Source: an uncultured Thermoproteales archaeon
GTDB lineage: Archaea > Thermoproteota > Thermoprotei > Thermofilales > B9-G17
NCBI GenBank assembly: GCA_964550975.1
Contig: CAZKAY010000002.1
Span: 2,717 to 56,148 of the forward strand
Direction: 5' to 3'
DNA length: 53,432 nt
Shown here: positions 18,468 to 27,441 of the stretch, one piece after another
Layout: the number at the start of each line of letters is the position of its first letter
How positions within the stretch are numbered: the stretch's first letter is position 1
Translations under genes and position numbers: made by a program
Notes under the pieces: model-generated
The model's input: only the letters and a program-made list of their open reading frames with translations
What the model was told of the DNA's origin: nothing
The model's database searches: none

Positions 18468-20546
18468 CTATTTCGTTTTAGGTGTTTTGCGCTTCTTAAA
18501 TACATAGTATACTACTACTAGGATAATGATAACTAATATTACTATTCCTGCATAGAGTTCGTATGGTACTCTTGAGAATACAGCTTTTAATGTATGGCTT
18601 TTATCCATCGTTACCGTTATTGTTGGGCTTGTCCCAGCATCTTTTCCATCTAACACCCATTTTTCAAAGTTATATCCACTAGCAGCTATAGCCTTTACTG
18701 TAACAGTTGCTCCACGAGCGTAGGTGTAGGTTCCTGCAGCTGGGTCTGTTGTTCCTCCACCACTCGGTTCTACCGAAATTGTTAACGAAAGTAGAGGCTT
18801 AATTACATTCCATCTTACTAGGTAGCTTCTTCCACGAGTCATATAGCTCCTAAGGCTTGCCCAAAATGAATCATCCGCAGGAGGCCATCCAGTAAACTTC
18901 TCCTTATTATATGCGATTATTACTGGTCTTCCAGCTAACGGCAATACTACCACCTGACTTCCAGTTAGATATGCTAATATAGCGTATATGAAATTTCTCT
19001 CCTCTTCGGATATTTCCGCTGGGAATGTCTGATATATTTCGACTAACTCACTTACATTTACTGTATTGCTTCCTCTAAATTTCCATGGAATTTGCTGTAT
19101 CTCTGAATATCCGTGTCCTGGGAATAATTTATTATATTTATAGAAGTATTCTGAAAAGCTAAAGCTTGCTCCTCCAAATACTCCTACAGCTATATCATAT
19201 CTTCCCTGCTTAAATGGTCCATCATCTGCCCAGTATACTCCTGTCTCATACGTTCTTATTGTTAACTTTATTCCCACTTTCTCCAGCATTGCTGCAATTG
19301 CTTCACATGATTCTGGCTTAAGCCACCCGTCTACTGCTAGCTCAAATTCGAGTTTGGTTCCATTCGGTGTTACATATATTCCATCAGCGCCCTTTGTAAA
19401 TCCAAGTTCTTTAAGTAATTGTTCAGCCTTAGATGGATTATAGTCATATGTAAATTTCTTTACATAGTTGTTCATGAATGATTCATTAAAGTATAGTGTC
19501 GCATAATCCGGTGCAAATCCAATTATATATTTAGTGGGTATTCCTCCAATAGGCCATTCTATGTAAGCTATCTCTGTCCTATTTATTGCATATGCTATGG
19601 CTTGTCTAACCTTAACAAGGCTTAATGGATATTTTCTCTTATTGAAGTATAGCATTGGTCCTATCCATCTGGCTATCTTTACTGTCCCGAAGAATGGTTT
19701 TGATTTTAGTTGATCGAGTTGTTCCGGTGTAGGTGTACCCCAATACCAGTCTAGCTTTCCCTCCAATAGTAGTGACCAAAGTACTTCTCCTGAAGGTGTT
19801 CTGATTATATGTACTTCATCTATTGCTGGCTCTCCATTCCAGTAATCTTTGAATTTCTCTAATATTATTGCCTCCTCTGTAACCTTCTTTACTTTATATG
19901 GTCCTGTCCCAATATATGTGTCAGGCCTAAAGTTAAGCAGCTCATTCTTTATATCAGTAAAGTCTTCTGGATGTGCAAATGGATTCTTACCCTCTTTCAT
20001 TCTAGCAACTATTTTATCTACAATTGTCTTATATTGATGATATGGTACGTAATCATAATGCCATAGAATCCCGAAGGCGAAACCAGCATGCGCTTTATTA
20101 GCTTTAAATACAATTGTATAGTCATCTATAATGGTAATACTGTCAATTATTTGAGTGGGAAACGGATATCCGGGGTTCGTTATCGCTATCATTAACCACA
20201 TAGCCCGGATATCTTTTGTAGTGAATTCTGTTCCATCATGCCATTTTACTCCCTTCCTAATCTTTATGGTTAAAGTCTTATAATCTTCTGATAGGGTCCA
20301 GTTTTCAGCGATACCGGGAACATATGTATCGTTAGCTAAGTATAGATGTGTGAGAGGTTCTAATACAAAGTTTTGTTCCGGAATATGTCCTGGAGCAAAA
20401 AAGTTGAAATGCCCTACTGGTGGAGGATTATAATTCGAATAAACATTAAGTACTGTTTTCTCCTCTCCTTGAGCATTAAAGGCAGTTGGATATGTAATGA
20501 TAGAAGCTATAATTAATATTATTAGAAGAAATATCTTCTTACTCAT
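18468..20546 (-). CDS. Family-5 ABC substrate-binding protein with a C-terminal InlB-B-repeat-like domain and TM anchor
   Basis: Signal/TM N-terminus and an SBP_bac_5 core (GVKWHDGTEFTTKDI, GTGPYKV, VRQAIAYAIN). This is followed by a ~70-aa beta-domain and a C-terminal TM helix with KKRKTPKTK. ATG 20546 is preferred over TTG 20558. Confidence 0.85.
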   Translation of the reverse strand: MSKKIFLLIILIIASIITYPTAFNAQGEEKTVLNVYSNYNPPPVGHFNFFAPGHIPEQNFVLEPLTHLYLANDTYVPGIAENWTLSEDYKTLTIKIRKGVKWHDGTEFTTKDIRAMWLMIAITNPGYPFPTQIIDSITIIDDYTIVFKANKAHAGFAFGILWHYDYVPYHQYKTIVDKIVARMKEGKNPFAHPEDFTDIKNELLNFRPDTYIGTGPYKVKKVTEEAIILEKFKDYWNGEPAIDEVHIIRTPSGEVLWSLLLEGKLDWYWGTPTPEQLDQLKSKPFFGTVKIARWIGPMLYFNKRKYPLSLVKVRQAIAYAINRTEIAYIEWPIGGIPTKYIIGFAPDYATLYFNESFMNNYVKKFTYDYNPSKAEQLLKELGFTKGADGIYVTPNGTKLEFELAVDGWLKPESCEAIAAMLEKVGIKLTIRTYETGVYWADDGPFKQGRYDIAVGVFGGASFSFSEYFYKYNKLFPGHGYSEIQQIPWKFRGSNTVNVSELVEIYQTFPAEISEEERNFIYAILAYLTGSQVVVLPLAGRPVIIAYNKEKFTGWPPADDSFWASLRSYMTRGRSYLVRWNVIKPLLSLTISVEPSGGGTTDPAAGTYTYARGATVTVKAIAASGYNFEKWVLDGKDAGTSPTITVTMDKSHTLKAVFSRVPYELYAGIVILVIIILVVVYYVFKKRKTPKTK

Positions 20547-20558
20547 TTTTTCACTCAA

Positions 20559-20791
20559 ATAAATATTTAGATTTTAAATATATAAGTTTTTGCAAAATTT
20601 TTATATTAAGCAAGGATATCATTTAAAATTTTACAATTATTTTATGCTTATAAAATAATAAAATTATATATTCGTCTCGTTTAAAATAGATAAGTAATTG
20701 AAGATTCCCATGTAAATGTCCATATTTGATGTAATAACTCTTATATATTACTTGTAACTCTTATAAGGTACGTGGGAGGTAAGGGATTGAT
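20559..20791. promoter_or_regulatory. Divergent intergenic promoter region (binding-protein/permease operon versus ATPase operon)
   Basis: 233-nt AT-rich spacer between divergently oriented operons. It has several TATA-like boxes, an 11-nt direct repeat TAACTCTTATA at 20735-20745 and 20755-20765, and the SD GGGAGGT just before ATG 20792. Confidence 0.4.
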
Positions 20792-21787
20792 ATGAAGGGG
20801 GGTAGGCCAACCGAGCATCATAACATTCTGCTTAGTATTAGAAATTTGACTGTGGCTTTTCGTATTCCTAGGGGGATTCTAACAGCTGTTGATGGCTTTA
20901 ATTTAGATATATATAGGGGTGAATGTTTAGCTCTTGTTGGAGAAAGTGGATGTGGTAAATCTGTTTTTGCTCATACTATTCTTCGTATTACTGATCCGAA
21001 TGAGATTATTAAGAGTGGGGAAATTTATTTTGAAGGTAAAAATGTTTTCGAGTTTAATAAGGATGAGTTGAGGAAATATAGATGGAGAGATGTATCTATT
21101 ATATTTCAGGGTGCTATGAATTCATTAAATCCTATTTTAAGAGTATTAGATCATATGATTGATACTGTTCAAGCACATGAGAAGACCGATAAAGAAGAAA
21201 TTGTTAAAAGGTCAACTAATCTTTTAAGTCAGGTTAGATTGGATGCAAAAGCTGTTTTAAATAGGTATCCACATGAACTTAGCGGCGGTATGAAGCAAAG
21301 AGTTGTTTCTGCCATGGCTATGCTACTTCAACCTAAGTTGATTATATTAGATGAACCCACCTCTGCATTAGATATGTTGACCCAAAAGTTTTTTATTAGA
21401 ATTCTGAGTGAAATTAAAAGGAAGACTAATATTACAATGATTTTTATTACACATGATATTGCCACTGTTGCTGAGATTGCCGATAGGGTTGCTGTAATGT
21501 ATGCTGGTAAGATTGTTGAGGTGGGTGATGTAAATGACATATTTTATAGACCAGTTCATCCCTATACAAGGGCCCTGCTAAGCTCTATTCCAAGTATAGT
21601 TGGTGATGTAAATAAGTTTAAGCCTATTCCAGGAAGACCTCCAGATCCCGTCAACCCTCCACCTGGATGTAGGTTTCATCCCAGATGCCCATTTAGAGTT
21701 GATATTTGTTCTAGAGAGATACCTAAGTTGATAGAGGTTAGAAAGGGTCAGCTTGTTGCATGCCATAGAGCGAGGGAGTTTGTATGA
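20792..21787 (+). CDS. Opp/Dpp-type ABC transporter ATP-binding protein (OppD-like)
   Basis: GESGCGKS, LSGGMKQR, ILDEPTSALD, and C-terminal PPPGCRFHPRCP. Confidence 0.9.
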   Translation: MKGGRPTEHHNILLSIRNLTVAFRIPRGILTAVDGFNLDIYRGECLALVGESGCGKSVFAHTILRITDPNEIIKSGEIYFEGKNVFEFNKDELRKYRWRDVSIIFQGAMNSLNPILRVLDHMIDTVQAHEKTDKEEIVKRSTNLLSQVRLDAKAVLNRYPHELSGGMKQRVVSAMAMLLQPKLIILDEPTSALDMLTQKFFIRILSEIKRKTNITMIFITHDIATVAEIADRVAVMYAGKIVEVGDVNDIFYRPVHPYTRALLSSIPSIVGDVNKFKPIPGRPPDPVNPPPGCRFHPRCPFRVDICSREIPKLIEVRKGQLVACHRAREFV

Positions 21788-22782
21788 ATGATATATTGGT
21801 TGAAACTAGAAATTTAACGAAGGATTTCAAAGTAAAGGGCAAAAAGTATATTAGAGCTGTAGACAACGTTTCTATAAAAATCGGGAGAAAAGAAAACCTT
21901 GTTCTTGTTGGAGAAAGTGGATGTGGTAAAAGTACTTTAGGTAGACTTACACTTGGCTTAATTAAGCCTACTTCCGGTCAAATTTTATTTGAAGGTAAAG
22001 ATATATGGAAGATGAGTAAAAGTGAGTTTAAAAATTTCCGCATAAATGCACAGATAATTCATCAGGATCCCTATTCCACTTTTAATCCTGTTAGAACTAT
22101 CTATCAATCTCTCTCAGCCCCATTACTATATCATAAAGTTGTTAAAAATAGGAAAGAAGCATACAAAAAGGTTGGAGAACTTTTTCGTCTCGTAGGCCTT
22201 GTACCGGTTGAAGATTTTTACGATAGATATCCTTCTAGAATGAGTGGAGGACAGCTTCAGCGTGCAGCTATTGCGAGAGCTATATCTCTAAACCCAAAAT
22301 ATATTGTTGCTGATGAAGCTGTATCAATGTTAGATGCTTCTCTTAGACTAGGTATTGTTGATCTGCTTCTAGATCTACAGAAAAAGTTTAAGATATCATA
22401 TCTATTTATCACGCATGATCTTGCTATTGCCAGATATTTTGTTTTAAAGGGTGGCGGTGGAGGTATGGCTGTGATGTATCTTGGAAGTATTGTTGAAATA
22501 GGATTGGGTGATGATATAGTTAGTAGGCCCTATCATCCATATACACGTGTACTTATTACAACTACTCCTATACCTGATCCCGAGCTTGCTAGGAAGAGAC
22601 CTCTTCCAAAATTGAGGAGTCTAGAGGTTCCACGGTTAACCGAAGTCCCCTCTGGATGTAAGTTTCATACACGATGTCCCTATGCTGAAAAGATTTGTGA
22701 AGAAAAGGTTCCTGAATTAAGAGAAGTTAAGGATAGGCTTGTTGCATGTCATTTTGCAGAAAATTTTGTTAAGGGTTTTTAA
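21784..22782 (+). CDS. Opp/Dpp-type ABC transporter ATP-binding protein (OppF-like)
   Basis: GESGCGKST, MSGGQLQR, IVADEAVSMLD, and C-terminal SGCKFHTRCP. ATGA overlap with the upstream ATPase gene. Confidence 0.9.
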   Translation: MNDILVETRNLTKDFKVKGKKYIRAVDNVSIKIGRKENLVLVGESGCGKSTLGRLTLGLIKPTSGQILFEGKDIWKMSKSEFKNFRINAQIIHQDPYSTFNPVRTIYQSLSAPLLYHKVVKNRKEAYKKVGELFRLVGLVPVEDFYDRYPSRMSGGQLQRAAIARAISLNPKYIVADEAVSMLDASLRLGIVDLLLDLQKKFKISYLFITHDLAIARYFVLKGGGGGMAVMYLGSIVEIGLGDDIVSRPYHPYTRVLITTTPIPDPELARKRPLPKLRSLEVPRLTEVPSGCKFHTRCPYAEKICEEKVPELREVKDRLVACHFAENFVKGF

Positions 22783-22785
22783 TAG

Positions 22786-23313
22786 ATGATAGAAAACGAA
22801 TTAAAGTTTAAGGTTGGTGATTTAGATAGAATTGAGGAAAAACTTAAAGCTTTAGGAGCTTCTTTAAAAAATTCTGCACTTCAAGTAGATTATTATTTTA
22901 GCCATCCATGCAAAGACTTTCTTCGTACCGATGAGGCTCTTAGAGTTAGAGTTATGGATAAATTTATTGAAGTTACGTATAAGGGTCCACGTAGAAAAAA
23001 TAGTGTTAAATCTAGAGAAGAGATAAATATAAGATTTTCTAAAAATGATTTTAAAAATATTTTAAGGCTTCTTCAGAGACTTGGATTTAAAAAATATTTC
23101 ATTGTAGAGAAATATAGGAAGGAGTATTCTTTAAATGATTTTAATATATGTCTTGATGATGTAAAGGGGTTGGGGAAATTTGTTGAGATAGAGTTGCTTG
23201 GAGATTCTAGGAATATTATGGATAGAATAATTAAACTAGTTAGAAAACTCGATATAGAGTTTAGGCCAATAGAAAAAACCTATTTAGAATTATTTAAAAC
23301 CTTATCTCATTAA
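22786..23313 (+). CDS. CYTH-domain protein (triphosphate tunnel metalloenzyme / class IV adenylate cyclase-like)
   Basis: 175 aa with the N-terminal E-x-E-x-K signature (IENELKFKV) and alternating charged beta-strand pattern ending in FVEIELL. It starts 4 nt after the ATPase stop. Confidence 0.7.
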   Translation: MIENELKFKVGDLDRIEEKLKALGASLKNSALQVDYYFSHPCKDFLRTDEALRVRVMDKFIEVTYKGPRRKNSVKSREEINIRFSKNDFKNILRLLQRLGFKKYFIVEKYRKEYSLNDFNICLDDVKGLGKFVEIELLGDSRNIMDRIIKLVRKLDIEFRPIEKTYLELFKTLSH

Positions 23314-23444
23314 GTTATTGGAGTAAAATAGATAAACTTAATATGCTAAAGAGGAATATCGTAAAGTATGTTGAAGAAATTATCTTCCAGAGATTTATTA
23401 AGTAAAATTATTATGAGTAAAGAAAATTCTTTTGAAATAAACAA

Positions 23445-23990
23445 TTATAGGATAGATTTAACTTTACGTTGTATACTTTTAGGATATTTTTTAGAATATT
23501 TTAGTATTTTTTGAATATTAAGGAGATCTATATTAATTTCTCCTGGAAGTCTCCTTCTAATGTATATTGTGTCAAGAAGAGCCTTTTCAGGTTCAGCTAA
23601 CTTTTTTCCATCGAATCCAAAATAAAGTTTTGGTTTAATTCTATGTAACTCAAATATATAATTTTTATTTCTAATAGTTTTAGGTTTTCCAAGCCATATT
23701 AAAGTTATTATAGAATATGCTTGATCTATTATTTCATGATAATGTAAAGCCCATTCTAAAGAAATATATGCTGACGGAAATACTATTTTTACTATTTCCC
23801 ATACTTCACATGGTTGGATACATATCCATCCCTTAGAAATCCTTGCTATAATACCTGTTTTTTCCAATCTATTTAAGGCTACTATAAGACTTTTCCCACC
23901 CATATTTTTCTTTAATGCCGATATATGTATCACTTTTATTCCTCTAGCCTGATATGATTTAAAAACCCTTAACCAATCTTTAATCCTCAT
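23445..23990 (-). CDS. AbiEi-like antitoxin / winged-helix regulator (type IV TA)
   Basis: N-terminal wHTH-like segment (SLIVALNRLEKTGIIARISKGWI) and a C-terminal AbiEi-like pattern (YISLEWALHYHEIIDQ ... AEPEKALLDTIY). ATG 23990 overlaps the upstream stop by 11 nt and is preferred over TTG 24005. Confidence 0.55.
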   Translation of the reverse strand: MRIKDWLRVFKSYQARGIKVIHISALKKNMGGKSLIVALNRLEKTGIIARISKGWICIQPCEVWEIVKIVFPSAYISLEWALHYHEIIDQAYSIITLIWLGKPKTIRNKNYIFELHRIKPKLYFGFDGKKLAEPEKALLDTIYIRRRLPGEINIDLLNIQKILKYSKKYPKSIQRKVKSIL

Positions 23991-24831
23991 TTTTAAGCTC
24001 ACCAAGCACTTTTAAGATCATCTTACTTGTTAGAGAAACGTATTTCTTTACAAGATCTTTATGTAAAAGAGAGGGAGGTAAAATTCCATGTAATTCTCTT
24101 TTCATCTCACTATATATTTTTTCTTCACTAAGTTTTTTTAGCAATGACTCTAGATCTGCAACCCCTTCAACCCATGAACCAAATTCTTGTTTTAAATACT
24201 TTTTATCGATATCCGCATTAAATTTCGCTACCAACCAATATATGTCAAAGATATCTCTCCACCTAATATAATTACGGTGAACTCCACCTGCAAGCGAACT
24301 TATTTTATCAACCAATAGTTGTGAGGAAGTTTTTACAAGTACTCCAACAGAAGTTTTAAACGGATACTCTATATCTAATATTCTTCTCCCAAAACTTATA
24401 TCTATATATCTTCTTTCGATAACCTCGATCTTTATCCGAATTTTCTTTTCAAGAAAATTCATGGTATTAAATACCAGAAAGCATCTATAGAAATCTTTAA
24501 TAATCTTTTCAGATTTTTTCTCCACATCTATACCTTCACTTAAAAGAATTTTTTTGACAACATTTTTAACTTTAGTAAAATCTCTTATCAATTTATTTAA
24601 ATCTCGTGAAACTAATGTATAATCCATATCCAGAGAAACTCTTGGAGAATTATAAAATATTCTCAGGGCCGTGCCTCCCTGAAAAATATAATAATCATCT
24701 AAATTACTATATGCTAGAGCATATAATATAAGTTTCTGAAATATTTCTCTAACCACGTTTTCAGGATTTAGCCCAGAATTTCTAGCACTTTTAATAATTT
24801 TATACATATATTTATTTAAATTAATTCCCAT
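23980..24831 (-). CDS. AbiEii/AbiGii-family nucleotidyltransferase (type IV toxin-like)
   Basis: 283 aa with the family-typical NTase motif GGTALRIFYNSPRVSLDMDY. Length and organisation are as in AbiEii. Confidence 0.7.
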   Translation of the reverse strand: MGINLNKYMYKIIKSARNSGLNPENVVREIFQKLILYALAYSNLDDYYIFQGGTALRIFYNSPRVSLDMDYTLVSRDLNKLIRDFTKVKNVVKKILLSEGIDVEKKSEKIIKDFYRCFLVFNTMNFLEKKIRIKIEVIERRYIDISFGRRILDIEYPFKTSVGVLVKTSSQLLVDKISSLAGGVHRNYIRWRDIFDIYWLVAKFNADIDKKYLKQEFGSWVEGVADLESLLKKLSEEKIYSEMKRELHGILPPSLLHKDLVKKYVSLTSKMILKVLGELKNED

Positions 24832-24915
24832 TTATTAACATTTTTGTTAACATTTGGGAACAAGTATTTTAGATAGAAATTAATAGTTAAAGTTTTAGAT
24901 TATTATGGGGATTAT

Positions 24916-25437
24916 GTGGGGGAGGAAGTTTTACCTATACATGCTTTAGGTTTCTTCCATGTATGTAGAAATGGTTTATTTTATGAAACAATTACATTTG
25001 ATTATCTTGATTTAGACGAATATTATTATAATCTTGAGAAAGATGAACTGGAAGATGAGTTTAATAGGCTTATATCGAATATGCAGTATTTTTTAGATAA
25101 GGAGAAGATAGTTATAAATGGTGAGAACTCTAAACCTCTTGTACATGGCATAGATATTTGTTTTAGAGGCTCTACTCAGCGTCCGTCAACAATATTTTTA
25201 ATAACATTTCAAGGTAAATTGAAGAGAGGATTAAATATATATGAGAACTATTATGAAGAAAGTATTGCTCCATATGATTTTGAATCTTACTGGCTTTTTC
25301 CTCCAAAATCTAGGGTAGTTTCAGTCGATATAGATGGTGAATATGATATTTTTGGAGACAAAAATATCCTAGTTATATGGGTTAAAAGTGGAGAAAAAAT
25401 GAGAGGATATGAAAGAATAGAATTTATTTTAAAGTAA
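24916..25437 (+). CDS. Hypothetical protein
   Basis: 173-aa ORF with a GTG start preceded by GGGG/GGAGG-like purines. It has an acidic middle region and no recognisable motif. Confidence 0.45.
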   Translation: MGEEVLPIHALGFFHVCRNGLFYETITFDYLDLDEYYYNLEKDELEDEFNRLISNMQYFLDKEKIVINGENSKPLVHGIDICFRGSTQRPSTIFLITFQGKLKRGLNIYENYYEESIAPYDFESYWLFPPKSRVVSVDIDGEYDIFGDKNILVIWVKSGEKMRGYERIEFILK

Positions 25438-26445
25438 ATGAATATTCTTTAAACCTAGCCTTAACTTAAGATTATTTATACATTCTTCTAAACCTCCCTC
25501 AAAAAACTCCATTGTATATTTTACAACACTTATAAAATTATTTCCAATAGAAATTGCTGGATTGAATTGTAATTCTATCTCACCAAAACTTAGAGACGTA
25601 TCAGAATTATATGACTGTATAGCTCCTCTAAATCCTTCAGGCATATATTTAGGTATGTCAAGGCACTCTTCTTGTGAAACTGGGGCATCAAATGTCTCCT
25701 TTAAAATATATCTCCACTTATCACCAACTCTATGTAAATAGCATATCCTTGCAATACCCTTATGTAGAAAATCCTCTGGTCTTACGCCTAATTTACATAT
25801 GTATTTTCCATCGATCTTAAAGATTATTTGATTATCTATAACTCTTATTCGTTCATTTGGTATAGGCCCAAAATAATGTATTGGCTCAGCCTTCTCAGTT
25901 ACAGGTATTATTACACTTCCCTCAGGATTTACCTGGGTTAGAGACCATAAATTTATATTGGTTTTGATAATGTTGGTTATCATTGAATCAATGATACTTA
26001 GTTTAATCATATTTTCTCTACATGATATGATTTTTATCTCCCTTTTAATCAGACCTCGTAAATCCTCGCCATTAATATAATCATGAAGCTTAAAGCTTCC
26101 CGTAAATACGACTTTATTATAATTTTTTTCAAATATTTTAAAGTCATTTGGATCTAATTCTTTGGGACAAAACCATTCCCTAAAATTTATCGGATCTTTA
26201 TAATAGAAGTTTCTTTCAGGAGAAATCCATATTCTTAGACCACCGATATTCCACTCTCCTCCTTTCATGACATCCTCTATATTTGGACTAACCCATAAGA
26301 AATTTGTTTCATTATTTTTAAAGACGCCTAGAACCCTGGCACCATATTCCGTAAAAAGTATTTTAAAATCATTCTTCTCTAACATAGCTATTTTAGTAAA
26401 ATTATTGATTTTATTTAGAAGACTTGGGAGATTGGGCTGATCCAT
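25429..26445 (-). CDS. Hypothetical protein, possibly a mutarotase-like beta-sandwich
   Basis: 338-aa ORF. The N-terminal pattern GARVLGVF...NFLWVSP...WNIGGLRIWISPE resembles aldose-epimerase-like/DUF4380-type domains. This is a weak assignment made by eye. Confidence 0.5.
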   Translation of the reverse strand: MDQPNLPSLLNKINNFTKIAMLEKNDFKILFTEYGARVLGVFKNNETNFLWVSPNIEDVMKGGEWNIGGLRIWISPERNFYYKDPINFREWFCPKELDPNDFKIFEKNYNKVVFTGSFKLHDYINGEDLRGLIKREIKIISCRENMIKLSIIDSMITNIIKTNINLWSLTQVNPEGSVIIPVTEKAEPIHYFGPIPNERIRVIDNQIIFKIDGKYICKLGVRPEDFLHKGIARICYLHRVGDKWRYILKETFDAPVSQEECLDIPKYMPEGFRGAIQSYNSDTSLSFGEIELQFNPAISIGNNFISVVKYTMEFFEGGLEECINNLKLRLGLKNIHLL

Positions 26446-26478
26446 ATTAAAATTAAATATATTATTTATTTTAAATAT

Positions 26479-26688
26479 TTAATCCTCAGCCCTTTTTACA
26501 TACTCTTTTTTAACCTGTCTACGGACATCCCATATAACTATTGCCAAGAATATTGATATGAAGATTAGTGCCATTATATCTACATAGAATTCTGCTGAAT
26601 TCGGACTAATTATGAAAAGAGGGAGAAGTGCTAATATGAGTATTGTGATACCTAGATTAAATGCTATTCTACCTATAACTGGATTCAT
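26479..26688 (-). CDS. Hypothetical small membrane protein (2 TM)
   Basis: 69-aa ORF with two clear hydrophobic helices and a basic C-terminal tail. Confidence 0.4.
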   Translation of the reverse strand: MNPVIGRIAFNLGITILILALLPLFIISPNSAEFYVDIMALIFISIFLAIVIWDVRRQVKKEYVKRAED

Positions 26689-26985
26689 TTTCCCACAATA
26701 GATTATAGGTTAAGATATTTAATAAATAAATCTTATGAAATTATAAAGACCATTCAATAACTCTACTAATATGTTTCACTCCTTATTTAAGTTTTAGTAA
26801 CAGATGATTAAGCTATATGCTTCTCATTATTATATACCCAAAATAAAAGACAAATAATCCTTAAGGGATAAGGGATGCAGATCCGTCCAGCAATTATATA
26901 TAGGCTAAATCTATATATAATCTATATATGACAAATATATTGAAGGGTCCTAAGTATGATAAGTATATTAATTAATGGTGGTTGA

Positions 26986-27441
26986 ATGTCGGATAATAAG
27001 ATATTTGAAAAAATTACAGAATACTTGAATAAACTTAATCTCAAATATCAGTATGAAGCGAAAAATAATAGGATTAGGATACCATTTATATTAAAGGTAG
27101 GTGAGAAAAAGTATACTGCATACATATATATTTCATGGAATGAGAAGTGGATTCTATGTGTAACACCGCTTGTCAGAGTTGCCGATATACCTCCAGAAGT
27201 GAGTAGAGAAGAGGTTTATGAAAGGCTATTGTTAGAGACGTATTATCTATATGAAGTTACATATGGGTTAACGAAAGACGGATATATTGTTGTCCATACT
27301 GAAACAGCCGTATCAGCGCTCTCCTTTGAAAACTTTGATGTAGAGTTAAGGTCAATTATATTTGGTGTAAAATACTTTATTGAAAAGATTCTACCGGACT
27401 TTGAGGAATTACGGAGTAAGGCTCTTCCAATTTACGTCTAG
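26986..27441 (+). CDS. Hypothetical protein (YbjN/T3SS-chaperone-like pattern?)
   Basis: 151-aa ORF with GGTGG upstream of the ATG. The alternating beta/alpha pattern with LLLETYYLYEVTYGLTKDGYIVV resembles YbjN-like domains. Low certainty. Confidence 0.5.
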   Translation: MSDNKIFEKITEYLNKLNLKYQYEAKNNRIRIPFILKVGEKKYTAYIYISWNEKWILCVTPLVRVADIPPEVSREEVYERLLLETYYLYEVTYGLTKDGYIVVHTETAVSALSFENFDVELRSIIFGVKYFIEKILPDFEELRSKALPIYV

